In this document: positions 47,489-57,991 of the stretch, in pieces
Layout of the letters: the number at the start of each line of letters is the position of its first letter
Numbering within the stretch: position 1 is the stretch's first letter
The notes under the pieces: generated by a model
Database searches by the model: none
What the model saw: only the letters and a program-made list of their open reading frames with translations
What the model was told of the DNA's origin: nothing
DNA from: Spirochaetia bacterium
Lineage (GTDB): Bacteria; Spirochaetota; Spirochaetia; CADAEX01
Reading direction: 5' to 3'
Assembly (NCBI GenBank): GCA_045606105.1
Contig: JAZURI010000009.1
Span: 157 to 64,156, forward strand
Length of the DNA stretch: 64,000 nucleotides
Position numbers and translations under genes: made by a program

Positions 47489-49903
47489 ATGAGTAAATAT
47501 CCTTATGCACAAATAGAAAAGAAATGGCAGAAATATTGGGAAGAGCATAAAACCTTCCGGGCTGTGGAGGATCCTTCCATTCCGGCAGAAAAAAGAAAAT
47601 ATGTTCTTGATATGTTTCCTTACCCGTCAGGAGCCGGTCTCCATGTAGGACACCCTGAGGGATATACAGCTACAGATATCTACTGCAGATATCTCAGAAT
47701 GAACAGATATGCAGTGCTTCATCCCATGGGCTTTGACTCCTTCGGTCTTCCTGCAGAAAACTACGCAATCAAGACAGGAACCCATCCTGAGGTTACAACT
47801 GAAAAGAATATCGATGTATTCCGCCGTCAGATCAAGTCCCTCGGACTCAGCTACGACTGGGACAGGGAGGTTTCAACCTGCTCCGTGGATTACTACAGAT
47901 GGACTCAGTGGATTTTCCTTAAATTATATGAAAAAGGGCTTGCCTACGAATCAGAGCAGCCTATCAACTTCTGTCCTTCCTGCAAGACCGGTCTTGCAAA
48001 CGAAGAGGTAAAGGAAGGGGGCTGTGAACGCTGCGGTACTCCGGTAATCAGAAAGAATATCCGTCAGTGGATGCTGAAGATCACAGCTTATGCAGATCGT
48101 CTTCTGGAGGATCTGGACGGACTCGACTGGCCTGAAGCCATCAAGGCAATGCAGAGAAACTGGATCGGAAGAAGCGAAGGTGCCGCTGTTTTCTTCAAGA
48201 TAGAAAATTCAGAGGATACCCTGGAGGTTTATACAACAAGATGCGATACACTTTTTGGTGCAACCTATATGGTTATTGCTCCGGAGCATCCTCTTGCAGA
48301 CAAGCTTACCACAGCAGACAGAAAGGAAGAAGTTAAGAAATACCTGGATATGGCTGCCCACAAGTCAGATCTGGAAAGAACAGACCTGGCCAAGGACAAG
48401 ACCGGTGTATTTACCGGTTCCTATGCCATCAACCCTGTAAACGGTGAAAAGATTCCGATCTGGATTGCAGACTATGTTCTCATTTCCTACGGTACCGGTG
48501 CCATCATGGCAGTTCCGGCCCATGACGACAGGGACTGGGAATTTGCAAAGAAGTTCAACCTCCCTATCATTGAGGTTCTCAGATCAGAGGTTGATATCCA
48601 GCAGCAGGCATGGACAGAGGACGGAGAGCATGTGAACTCACAGTGGCTTGACGGTCTCAACAAGAAGGATGCCATCGACAGGATGCTGGAGTTCCTTGAA
48701 AAGAACAACTGCGGCCACAAGGCTGTAAACTATAAGCTCAGGGACTGGATCTTCTCACGCCAGCGCTACTGGGGAGAGCCTATTCCTGTGGTTCATTGTC
48801 CTAAGTGCGGAAATGTTCCTCTCGATGAAAAGGATCTGCCTCTTACACTGCCTGAGGTACAGAGCTATCTTCCTACAGGTACCGGAGAATCGCCTCTGGC
48901 TGCCATCGAGGATTGGGTAAACACCACCTGTCCTGTATGCGGTGCCCCTTCCAAGAGAGAAATCAATACTATGCCTCAGTGGGCCGGCTCCTGCTGGTAC
49001 TATCTCAGGTATATCGACCCTAAGAACACAGAGCAGTTTGTTGCCCCTGAGAAGGAAAAATACTGGATGCCGGTAGACCTTTATGTAGGTGGTGCTGAGC
49101 ATGCCGTTCTCCATCTTCTCTATGCACGCTTCTGGCACAAGGTTCTCTACGATTTCGGTCTGGTTACAACCAAGGAGCCATTCCAGAGACTGGTTAACCA
49201 GGGAATGATTCTGGGTGAGGGTGGCGTGAAGATGTCCAAGAGCCTCGGAAACGTTATCAATCCGGACGAGGTAATCAGGGATTTCGGTGCCGATTCAATG
49301 CGTCTTTATGAAATGTTCATGGGACCTCTCAGTGTTTCCAAACCATGGTCCACCACAGGAATTACCGGTGTTTACCGCTTCCTTGACAGGATCTGGAGAA
49401 TTTCTGAGGACAAGAAATTCACTGACGGCAAGGCCCCTGCAGAGCTTGAAAGACTGCTTCACAAGACAATCAAGAAGGTTTCCAACGATACTGCAAACCT
49501 TGAGTTCAATACAGCTATTGCCCAGATGATGATTTTCATCAACGAGGTTAACCGCCACGAGGAAATTCCTGCAGACATGTGGGAAAAATTCCTTATGCTC
49601 CTTAACCCATATGCTCCGCATCTTGCAGAAGAGCTCTGGGAAAGAATGGGACATGATAATTCCATCGCTCTTGAGCAGTGGCCTGAATGGGACGAAGCCC
49701 TTACAATCGAGGACAAGGTTACTGTTGTTGTTCAGATCAACAGCAAGAACAGAAGCCAGCTTGAGCTTCCAAAGGGAGTTTCCAAGGATGTTATCGAGAA
49801 AGAGGCTCTTGCAAACAGCAGAATCAAGGAGCTTCTTGAAGGAAAGACAATAATCAAGACTATTGTAGTTCCTGAAAAGCTTGTTAACTTTGTTGTAAGA
49901 TAA
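47489..49903 (+). CDS. leuS: Leucyl-tRNA synthetase
   Basis: HVGHPEGY (HIGH region) and KMSKSLGN (KMSKS motif). 804 aa. Confidence 0.95.
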   Translation: MSKYPYAQIEKKWQKYWEEHKTFRAVEDPSIPAEKRKYVLDMFPYPSGAGLHVGHPEGYTATDIYCRYLRMNRYAVLHPMGFDSFGLPAENYAIKTGTHPEVTTEKNIDVFRRQIKSLGLSYDWDREVSTCSVDYYRWTQWIFLKLYEKGLAYESEQPINFCPSCKTGLANEEVKEGGCERCGTPVIRKNIRQWMLKITAYADRLLEDLDGLDWPEAIKAMQRNWIGRSEGAAVFFKIENSEDTLEVYTTRCDTLFGATYMVIAPEHPLADKLTTADRKEEVKKYLDMAAHKSDLERTDLAKDKTGVFTGSYAINPVNGEKIPIWIADYVLISYGTGAIMAVPAHDDRDWEFAKKFNLPIIEVLRSEVDIQQQAWTEDGEHVNSQWLDGLNKKDAIDRMLEFLEKNNCGHKAVNYKLRDWIFSRQRYWGEPIPVVHCPKCGNVPLDEKDLPLTLPEVQSYLPTGTGESPLAAIEDWVNTTCPVCGAPSKREINTMPQWAGSCWYYLRYIDPKNTEQFVAPEKEKYWMPVDLYVGGAEHAVLHLLYARFWHKVLYDFGLVTTKEPFQRLVNQGMILGEGGVKMSKSLGNVINPDEVIRDFGADSMRLYEMFMGPLSVSKPWSTTGITGVYRFLDRIWRISEDKKFTDGKAPAELERLLHKTIKKVSNDTANLEFNTAIAQMMIFINEVNRHEEIPADMWEKFLMLLNPYAPHLAEELWERMGHDNSIALEQWPEWDEALTIEDKVTVVVQINSKNRSQLELPKGVSKDVIEKEALANSRIKELLEGKTIIKTIVVPEKLVNFVVR

Positions 49904-51012
49904 TGAAGGAATTTTACTCCGATCGTCGTAAGAAAGTATCCTCTCTGCTTGCCGGAGAGGGTATAACTCTTCTTGTGCTCTGTGACAGGGAAGGAATGCG
50001 CAATGCCAATATCCGGTACCTGACAGGGCATCCCTCAGATGCAGTTCTTTTTATTTTTGCCGACGGGGAAAGCATTCTCCTGCCGTGGGATATGAATCTT
50101 GCGGAAAAGATGGCTTTCTGCGACAGCATCAGACCCTATAACAACTACGGACGGGATCTTTACCGGGCCGTAATGGGGATAATCGGGGAAAAGGAGCTGA
50201 AGGACGGAGCAGGAATCGAGCTTCCGGCCCTGATACCCTATCCTGAGTTCATGAAATATAAGGAAAACAAGGATTTCCGTTTCATCTGCCGGGATGCAGA
50301 CTTTGATGCCCATATCAAGAAAATGCGCCGTATCAAGGATAAGGCCGAGCTGGATATACTCAGGACAGGGGCTGCAATTACCGACGATATCATCAATAAA
50401 ATCGAAGCTGCCGTCAGGAGCGGTGATACCACCGAGGCAGACATAGCTCTTCTTATAGACCGGGAGGCAAGGCTTGCCGGTGCAGAGGGACTGGGCTTTG
50501 AGACCCTGGTTGCAGGACCGGGAAGAAGCAACAATATCCATGCATTCCCTTCCTATACGGGAGCCTCTTTTCCCGGAGACGGACTTTCAATAATAGATTT
50601 CGGTGTCAGGAAGGATGGATATACCACCGATGTGACACTGACCATCACAAGAAACCTGAGCAGGGAACAGCAGCAGATGGTTCTTATTATCGAGAATACC
50701 GTAAAGATAGCCGAAAAATGCATTTGTCACGGAGCCTCCATAAACGACCTTGCCTCTGCCGTATCAGGCTTCATCAAGGCCAACGGATATGAGATGCCCC
50801 ATTCCCTGGGACACGGAATCGGACTTGATATCCATGAGATGCCTTTCCTGAACAAACGGGAAGCAGATACCATGATGGAGGCCGGCATGGTTTTCACCAT
50901 TGAACCGGGTATCTATACACCGACACAGGGCGGCATAAGGCTTGAAAACGATTATCTTGTTACAAAACAAGGATTTGAAAGACTTACCAATTCCCGCTTA
51001 ATCCGCCTCTGA
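49903..51012 (+). CDS. pepP: Xaa-Pro aminopeptidase / M24 family metallopeptidase
   Basis: Creatinase-like N-domain plus a pita-bread domain with the HSLGHGIGLDIHE metal-ligand motif. Confidence 0.8.
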   Translation: MKEFYSDRRKKVSSLLAGEGITLLVLCDREGMRNANIRYLTGHPSDAVLFIFADGESILLPWDMNLAEKMAFCDSIRPYNNYGRDLYRAVMGIIGEKELKDGAGIELPALIPYPEFMKYKENKDFRFICRDADFDAHIKKMRRIKDKAELDILRTGAAITDDIINKIEAAVRSGDTTEADIALLIDREARLAGAEGLGFETLVAGPGRSNNIHAFPSYTGASFPGDGLSIIDFGVRKDGYTTDVTLTITRNLSREQQQMVLIIENTVKIAEKCICHGASINDLASAVSGFIKANGYEMPHSLGHGIGLDIHEMPFLNKREADTMMEAGMVFTIEPGIYTPTQGGIRLENDYLVTKQGFERLTNSRLIRL

Positions 51013-51712
51013 CATCGCTGTAAACTGCAGTCCATCCCACATTGTCTGAAAAAATCCACAGGGAAGCTGTTCCCCCGGAATCGATGAACAGATTTTCTCC
51101 ATCCATTACAGGCAGGCTTTCCGAGCTGTATACAAGTTCCCTGCCGGGATAATCGGAATGCCATTTTTCTTCCGGCCCGGGGAGAGGCAGGGAGCGGACA
51201 GCCCTTTTTTTAAGATAGTTACCGTTGAATATTCCGTACTGAAGTGCGTAGACCACCTTGTTCCTGTCCAGAGCCCAGGGATTTTCTCCTGAATTTTCCT
51301 TTATTCTTTCCCCGAACAGGTCTGTATTGAGATTTTCGGTATAACCTCCGCTGCAGGCCAGGGAAACTGCTTCGGCAGCAAAGCCCTTTTCCCATGTCAG
51401 ATGATTGGTCCGGTCAAGATTGCTGCTGACTATAAAGCCTGCAGGCTTCAGGAGAGAGCTCTTTATGACAGGGTATGCAAGGACAGAGGTAACTCCTGCA
51501 ACAGGGACTGAAAGATCAAAACTTTTTTTACCCGGCGGAAGGTAGAAGTATTCGTGGGTGTGGTTTGTTACGGTAATCTTGTACCTGACAATGGGTACCG
51601 GCGGAAAGGTTTCGGGTAATTCCGGAATCACGAAGGTCACCTCCCGGTTTTTTTCCTCAAGTATGCTGCAGGAGCTGAAAATAATTGCTGTGAGAAGAAA
51701 AAAAATTCTCAT
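50984..51712 (-). CDS. Hypothetical lipoprotein
   Basis: Signal peptide and lipobox: MRIFFLLTAIIFSSCS. Confidence 0.5.
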   Translation of the reverse strand: MRIFFLLTAIIFSSCSILEEKNREVTFVIPELPETFPPVPIVRYKITVTNHTHEYFYLPPGKKSFDLSVPVAGVTSVLAYPVIKSSLLKPAGFIVSSNLDRTNHLTWEKGFAAEAVSLACSGGYTENLNTDLFGERIKENSGENPWALDRNKVVYALQYGIFNGNYLKKRAVRSLPLPGPEEKWHSDYPGRELVYSSESLPVMDGENLFIDSGGTASLWIFSDNVGWTAVYSDVRGGLSGNW

Positions 51713-51738
51713 ATCTGTAAACACAGACATGTAAAAAA

Positions 51739-52284
51739 TTATTTCTGCTTCAGTTTAACCTTTAGGTTTTTTCTCATTTCCTCAAAAATCACATGGTATT
51801 CCGGGGTTCTGTAATCGGCATAGGTCCATGGCAGAAGCTGAAACTGCCTGTTGGAGTACATGAGGGTCACCTCGCCGTAGATTCCCTTCTGAAGCGGAAT
51901 CCTGTGTACATTGTTCTTGGTGGAGGCCAGGATAAGGGAGCTGAGGCTGAGAATTCCGGGATCGATATTTATTTTTCTGTTTTCATCCACTGCAAAAAGC
52001 TTTTCCATTTCATTGGTGGCCAGCTTTATGTCGGAAAGGGAGTCGGGATAAACAAGGTCGGTAAAGGAATAGAAATATCTTTTTATTCCGGGACCCATTT
52101 CAGGCACATAATAATCGGTAAAATCAAAGTCAAATTCCCTGCTTTCGAAATCGATGGGGCCGAATCTGTCGATAAGCAATGCCCTGAGCTTTTCCTTTTC
52201 TTCCGGTCTGGTGGAAAGTATTCCGATCACCAGCTTGTTTCTGTCAAAATTCTCTGCTTTTCCCATACTGCAATGATATTCCAT
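51739..52284 (-). CDS. Hypothetical protein (DUF4416-like)
   Basis: 181-aa ORF with coding-like composition and no recognisable catalytic motif. Confidence 0.4.
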   Translation of the reverse strand: MEYHCSMGKAENFDRNKLVIGILSTRPEEKEKLRALLIDRFGPIDFESREFDFDFTDYYVPEMGPGIKRYFYSFTDLVYPDSLSDIKLATNEMEKLFAVDENRKINIDPGILSLSSLILASTKNNVHRIPLQKGIYGEVTLMYSNRQFQLLPWTYADYRTPEYHVIFEEMRKNLKVKLKQK

Positions 52285-52341
52285 CAGAATGAATTTTTCA
52301 ACACCGGAAATTGAATCAGAACCGATGCTTTTTCCTTTCTG

Positions 52342-52956
52342 ATGAGTATGAAGGGATTGGTTTTTATATCAGTTGTATTTTTCATGATTGCCTGTTCCGG
52401 CGGAGAACGGGATTATCTTTCATATAACGAAGCGGAAAAGCTGTATATGAAGGGGGAATCCTGCGAAGCGCTCAGGCTTCTGGAAAGGCTTGAGGATAAC
52501 AGCAGCTTTCTTAAGCCCTTTGTTCTTGACGGAAGAATAAATCTTTTTCTTGGAAATTATGATACGGCGGAAAGTAAGCTTGAGTATGTCCTTGAAAAGA
52601 ATCCCATGGATTTTGAGGCGGTGAGATGGCTTGCCTGGGTCTATCTGAGAAAGGATGAGACTGAAAAATGTATCCGGCTTCTGAAGAGTGCATTGAAAAA
52701 ATATCCTGAGGAACCGAGACTTCTGCTGCTGTACGGAAATGCGGAAAAAAAGGGAGGAAATCATACCGAGGCGGCAGAGGCCTACAGAAGAGCCTTTCTT
52801 TTTGAAGAGGAGCTGGCAATGGCCCACTTTGAATATGCCCTGCTTTGTTCCGGTTTTGCACTGGAGGAAAAATACAGGTACGAGCTGGAAAGGGCGGCTC
52901 TGCTGGCCGGAGAAAACCACGAGCTTTCGGAGGCGATAAGAAAGCTTTATGAGTAA
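52342..52956 (+). CDS. TPR-repeat lipoprotein
   Basis: Signal peptide with lipobox (IACSG), followed by TPR-like helical repeats. Confidence 0.55.
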   Translation: MSMKGLVFISVVFFMIACSGGERDYLSYNEAEKLYMKGESCEALRLLERLEDNSSFLKPFVLDGRINLFLGNYDTAESKLEYVLEKNPMDFEAVRWLAWVYLRKDETEKCIRLLKSALKKYPEEPRLLLLYGNAEKKGGNHTEAAEAYRRAFLFEEELAMAHFEYALLCSGFALEEKYRYELERAALLAGENHELSEAIRKLYE

Positions 52957-54334
52957 GATTTTTCCGGTTATCCTGCTTCTTTTTCTGTGTCCTCAGTTGT
53001 GGTGCGAAGAAAAATATCTCCTGTTTCCTGAAGAGGCTGTAAGAAAAGGGCTTGCAAACAATCCTGCTCTGGAGTTCGGCAGGAGAGAACTGGAGACCGG
53101 CATGAAAAATATCAGGCTTGAATACAGGAAATTTCTGCCTGAGCCCAACTTCGGCTATAGCTTTTCCGACAGCGTTTCTTATCTGGGGAATGACAGCCAT
53201 GTAAGGCAGCTGCGGTTCGGTATCGACCAGCTTCTCTATGACAAGGGAGCCCTGTTTTCAGAAATTTCCCTGGGAAAAAAGAAAATTGAACTGGGGTATC
53301 TGGAGCTGGCTGCAGAGAGGGAGCGGTTTATCTTTTCGGTAATTGAGGGCTATGCGGAGATCCTGAGATACAGGAAGGAGCTGGAAATCATAGCTTCTGC
53401 AGTAAATCTGGTAAATGAACAGCTGGAAATAGGGCGGCTGGAAAGAGATCTGGGAGAGCTTACCGAGAATGATTACCTTGAGCTGGAGATTTCGGCCTCT
53501 GACATGAGAATGGAAGAAAATGAGGTAAGACACAGGCTGAAGCAGGCATCCGAGGCTCTCAGGCTGCTGATAGATCCCGGAATGGGAGATTTTACGGCAG
53601 CAGGGGAACTGAATGCCGCATACCGTGGTTTTACGGATGAAGGTCCGGAGTTCTATCTTGCATCGGCATTGAAGAGATCCTCTGAATACAGGTCTGTGAT
53701 TCTGGCCCTGGAGCAGGCTGAAGCTGATTGCAGGCTTCTGAAAAAAAGATTTGTTCCGGAGGTTCGTTTAAGCTGCGGTTTTTATCTGTCGGGAAAATCC
53801 TTCCCCCTTGCCGAAAAGGGATATTCTCTTTCGGTTTCCTTTGATTTTGACAGTCCGGTTTTCCCGGGAAATATCAGCTCGGGTATAAGCAGGAACGGAG
53901 GAAACAACAGGGAACGGGAGCTTGAGGGCAGCGGGGTTCTTCTGGGAGAAAACGGTAAAATACATGCGGCGGAAACGGGACAGATCCGTCTTGAAAGGGC
54001 AGAACACGAGTCGGAGCAGTACAGGCTGGAGCTTGAAAATGAAATCAACGGGCTGCTTGAAGAAATTCGCATGAAGAAGGTCAATCTCAGTCTCTGGGGA
54101 GAAAAGCTGGTTATTGAAAGAAAAAAGACAGAGGCTGAAAAGGCCAGGACAGAACTGGGAGAGGCCAGAAGAACGGAGTATGTGGAGGAGCTTATCGAGC
54201 TAGCTGAAAGTGAAAAAGAGATGCTGAAGCAGGTTACCGGACTTTATTCCGCCGAGAAGAGGCTGGTCCTGCTGTGCGGTCTTGAGAAAGGGGGCAGTTC
54301 CATCCGGCTTCTGATAAAAGGGGGTGGGTTATGA
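52949..54334 (+). CDS. TolC-like outer membrane efflux protein
   Basis: Signal peptide and two coiled-coil/beta-barrel repeats, upstream of a membrane-fusion protein and RND genes. Confidence 0.6.
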   Translation: MSKIFPVILLLFLCPQLWCEEKYLLFPEEAVRKGLANNPALEFGRRELETGMKNIRLEYRKFLPEPNFGYSFSDSVSYLGNDSHVRQLRFGIDQLLYDKGALFSEISLGKKKIELGYLELAAERERFIFSVIEGYAEILRYRKELEIIASAVNLVNEQLEIGRLERDLGELTENDYLELEISASDMRMEENEVRHRLKQASEALRLLIDPGMGDFTAAGELNAAYRGFTDEGPEFYLASALKRSSEYRSVILALEQAEADCRLLKKRFVPEVRLSCGFYLSGKSFPLAEKGYSLSVSFDFDSPVFPGNISSGISRNGGNNRERELEGSGVLLGENGKIHAAETGQIRLERAEHESEQYRLELENEINGLLEEIRMKKVNLSLWGEKLVIERKKTEAEKARTELGEARRTEYVEELIELAESEKEMLKQVTGLYSAEKRLVLLCGLEKGGSSIRLLIKGGGL

Positions 54335-55644
54335 AAAAAATTCTGATTTTGTTTCTTGTTATGTGTTCCTGTACCGGCAAGACAGCCCTTAAGGAAACAG
54401 AGGGGATAAGTATTGAGGTTGAGACAGCCGGAAAGGAATATGCCGCTCCTGAGATTACTGCATTCGGCTCTGTGGTCTACGGCTCCAAGGCAGAGGTATA
54501 TCCCACAACAACCTCCTTTATAAAAGAAATATATGCGGAGGAGGGTGATTTCGTAACCAAGGGGCAGGTGCTGGCCGTTATCGACGATTCAAGGCTCAGG
54601 GTACAGCTGGAGGAGGCGGTATCTGATTTTGAGGCAAAGCAGGCTGCAGTCAGGCTGGCTTCCGCCATGCTGGAGGAGGGAAGACGGGATACCGAAAAAA
54701 TTCTCTTCAATATCAGGGAGCTTGAAATAATCAGGCAGCAGAAAGGGAGCGAATACAACAACATGCTCAGGATTTACGGAAATAAAAGCAAGCTTCACGA
54801 GGCCGGAGGATTTTCATCCGAAGAGCTGAAAAGTGTAAAGCAGGAGCTTGAAAAGAAGATGAATGAGCTTATGCAGGCCGAAAATGCCCTGGAATCGGCC
54901 AGGATCGGCTACAGGATTACCGATCTGGAAAAGGCCGGCTACAAGGTACCGGAGGAGAGGGCTGAACAGGAAAAGCTTCTTGTGATGCTGAATACCGGGG
55001 TGCTTCAGGCAGAGCTTGAGGTGGCTCAGGCCGAGTACAGGGCTGCGGAGGCGGCGGTGGAAAACATCCGTCTCTCCATTGAGGAGACAAAAATAAGGGC
55101 TCCTGTGGAGGGAACCATTGGCAAAAGATATCTGGACAGCGGAGAGACGGTAACACCGGAAACCGCCCTTTTTACCGTTTTTGATATGGAATCGGTCTAT
55201 GTCCGTACTGAACTCAATGCATCCCATTTCCGTAATGTCAGACCCGGCCAGGCAGTGAAGCTGAATATTCTGGAGGAGGAATTTGAAGGGCGTATCGAGC
55301 TGATATCTCCCTATGCAGACCCCAGAACCGGCGGAAGAAGCATAAGAATTTCGGTAGACAACAGCGGAAAAAAGCTGTATCCCGGTCTTTTTGCAGGGAT
55401 ATCGGTAATTACAGGGGCCGGTGCGGAGCGGACCTTTATCCCCCGTGAAGCAGTAAAGGATAATCAGGTTTTCGTTATCAGGGGAGAAAAAGCCTTTTCC
55501 TCAAAGGTTGATGTTGAATTTATCACCGGGGATAAAGCCTATATCTCGGCCGGTCCGGAGGCCGGTGACCGGGTGGCGGTAACAGGACTGGAGCTGCTTT
55601 GGGATGGGTGTCCTGTCAAGGCGGTCAGGAGGGGAGACCGGTGA
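54331..55644 (+). CDS. Efflux periplasmic adaptor (membrane fusion protein, HlyD/AcrA family)
   Basis: Lipoprotein signal (CSCTG), long coiled-coil hairpin, biotinyl-like and beta-barrel domains. Confidence 0.7.
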   Translation: MKKILILFLVMCSCTGKTALKETEGISIEVETAGKEYAAPEITAFGSVVYGSKAEVYPTTTSFIKEIYAEEGDFVTKGQVLAVIDDSRLRVQLEEAVSDFEAKQAAVRLASAMLEEGRRDTEKILFNIRELEIIRQQKGSEYNNMLRIYGNKSKLHEAGGFSSEELKSVKQELEKKMNELMQAENALESARIGYRITDLEKAGYKVPEERAEQEKLLVMLNTGVLQAELEVAQAEYRAAEAAVENIRLSIEETKIRAPVEGTIGKRYLDSGETVTPETALFTVFDMESVYVRTELNASHFRNVRPGQAVKLNILEEEFEGRIELISPYADPRTGGRSIRISVDNSGKKLYPGLFAGISVITGAGAERTFIPREAVKDNQVFVIRGEKAFSSKVDVEFITGDKAYISAGPEAGDRVAVTGLELLWDGCPVKAVRRGDR

Positions 55645-56681
55645 AAGCACTCTTTTTTGTTCTTTTGCTGCTGGCTGCAGGCTGCGCTCTTGAGGATCCT
55701 GATTCTCCGGAAAAGGTTACGGAAGCCGGAAAAAAAGGAATCGGTATTGTTGTTGAGGATTTTCAGCCATCCTCAGGAAGTTCTTTTTCCGGCAGGGAGC
55801 CGGTAACGGTGACCCTTTCATCGGTTGTAAGCGAAGAGGCTTTTATCAGGGAATTTTCTGTAAATCCGGCTGTTGATTACACTCTTGAGCAGCAAGACGG
55901 AAACAGGGTTGTCATCACTCCCTCCGAGGATTGGAGAGAAAGGACTGTATACCGCTTTACCCTGTCTGATGAAAGCTTTTTCCTTTATGTTGCCGGCAAT
56001 GTTGTTCCCCCGGAAATTGTCTTTTCGGCAGTGGCATACAATGATGGGGAAGAATTTCCCGTGATATCTGAAAATCTGGATTCCATGCGGAAGGACGATG
56101 TACTTCTGCTCCGTTTCTCAGCTCCACCGGTAAAGGAGAGTGCGGCAGAATCCCTTGTCATCGAACCTTCTGACAATTATCTGAAGCTGTGGCCTGATGA
56201 CAGGACCATGGTTATTATCCCTGAAAAGGGCTGGAAATGCGGAGCAGGCTACAGGCTTGAGCATGAATCTGTCTGCCTGGATTTTACTCCGGATGTCCCG
56301 TATCTGGAGCTGAAGGAAATACGGGGGCCGACTTCGGATGGTTTTCCGGTTACGGTTTTCGACAGAAGCAGGCCGGTTAATATAAACAGTGACGGAACCT
56401 ATACTTTGGGTTTTGTTTTCAGCCGGGATTTCCGGAGCCGCGAGGAAAAGGAATCGGCTTATTCAGGTTTGTCCCTCAGCCCTTTTTTTCCTGACGGTGT
56501 AAATACCCCTTCCGTCAGTTCGGTCCGTTGGTTCAACGACAATATCCTGCAGCTGGATTTCAGGGGGCTGGTTCCGGGTACATGGTATGATTTAAGGCTG
56601 AGGGGCGGCGAAAACGGGATTGTAAATGCAGAGGGATGCTTTCCGGAGGAGGATATAAGCCTGGTGCTTATAACCGGATAA
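55642..56681 (+). CDS. Hypothetical lipoprotein with Ig-like domains
   Basis: GTG start giving the lipoprotein signal VKALFFVLLLLAAGCA. Paralogous to the next gene. Confidence 0.45.
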
Positions 56682-57991
56682 TGAAAAAAATATTGATTTT
56701 TCTTATATTGCTGCTGGCTTCCTGCGATGCATCCCGGGATTTTCTCTCAATGACCCCGCCATCTGTAAAAAAGGTGGAGATAAGGGAGCAGAGATGTGTG
56801 ATGATATTCTTTTCCTGCGATATGGAAAAAAGTCTTACGGAAAAGGCCTTTGTCATGAAGAAAAACTGGGAAAAGACAGAGGGAAGCTTTACCTGGGAGG
56901 GAAATGTTCTGTGTTACAGCCCTTTGGGAGGAATAAGGGAGCGGTGCAGCTATCTGATTGAAATTTCTGCCATGGCAGAGGATACATTGGGAAACTCCCT
57001 GGTAAAGGATTTTGTCTACAGCTTCTCCACAAAGGAAAAGGAGTGTGGGTTCTGTGTTGAATCAGCCGGCTTCAACGGCGGAAACGCAGAGTTCACCTTC
57101 AGCAGCCCGGTGGACAGGGGCTCCCTTTATGGTACCTTTTCCATTTTTCCATTTGTCGACGGCAGCCTTGTTTTCAGGGATGATGACAGCAGTGTTTCCT
57201 TTGTTCCGTACCGGGAGCTGACGGCCGGCACTGCCTATACGGTATCCATGGAGCAGCAGCTGTGTGACATTTATGGCAATGCCCTCAGGGAAAAATATGA
57301 ATTCGTTTTTTCGGTCCCCACAGAGGAGGAGGTTTCTCTTGTCCGGATAGAAACAGCCTCAGGAAACAGTCCGGAGCAGATGGAAAAGGATGATGCCCTT
57401 GTTCTGGTTTTCAGCGGTCCGGCAGACAGGGCTGCAGTCAGAAAATCCATTTCAATATCACCTTATACCTCCTTCAGCTGCCGGTGGAACAGCAGTAATA
57501 CCGAATGCCGTATCGGATTTGACCGACCGCTTGTATATGGTTCCAGGCTCGATATCAAGGTTCTGGATGAAAGTTTTGTCCTGTTTGTAAAAGGGGAAAA
57601 TTCGGTTCCTCCGACGGTTGAGAGTATTTCTTATTACGATAATTATACGGCAGGAAGCATAATTCCTCTTTCTTACGGGGGCAGCATGATATTTGAATCA
57701 ACAGAAAAGGGCTGTTTTGAATTTGAATTTTCTACTGCACCTACGGCCTCTGTAATCATGGCCGATTTTCTTCAGAATCTGGAAATCAGGGTTACCTCCG
57801 GGGACATGAGGGTGAAGCTGCTCAGGGCAGAAAACAGAAGCAGTCCGGGAAAAAACATAATCCGGGTTTATTGCAGCATAACTGCGGGAACAAAATCATC
57901 CGTACTTTCATTCATTGTCGATAGTGATTTTTCAGATTCTCTGGGAAATAAGCTTGGAGAGGATTTTGTCATGAGGTTCAATTCGTTATGA
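56681..57991 (+). CDS. Hypothetical lipoprotein with Ig-like domains
   Basis: MKKILIFLILLLASCDAS signal. Start overlaps the upstream stop (TAATG). Confidence 0.5.
   Translation: MKKILIFLILLLASCDASRDFLSMTPPSVKKVEIREQRCVMIFFSCDMEKSLTEKAFVMKKNWEKTEGSFTWEGNVLCYSPLGGIRERCSYLIEISAMAEDTLGNSLVKDFVYSFSTKEKECGFCVESAGFNGGNAEFTFSSPVDRGSLYGTFSIFPFVDGSLVFRDDDSSVSFVPYRELTAGTAYTVSMEQQLCDIYGNALREKYEFVFSVPTEEEVSLVRIETASGNSPEQMEKDDALVLVFSGPADRAAVRKSISISPYTSFSCRWNSSNTECRIGFDRPLVYGSRLDIKVLDESFVLFVKGENSVPPTVESISYYDNYTAGSIIPLSYGGSMIFESTEKGCFEFEFSTAPTASVIMADFLQNLEIRVTSGDMRVKLLRAENRSSPGKNIIRVYCSITAGTKSSVLSFIVDSDFSDSLGNKLGEDFVMRFNSL

Noticed and set aside
52511-53200. 229-aa minus-strand ORF
   Set aside because: Antisense across the TPR and TolC-like genes, with no motifs and a proline- and arginine-rich composition.
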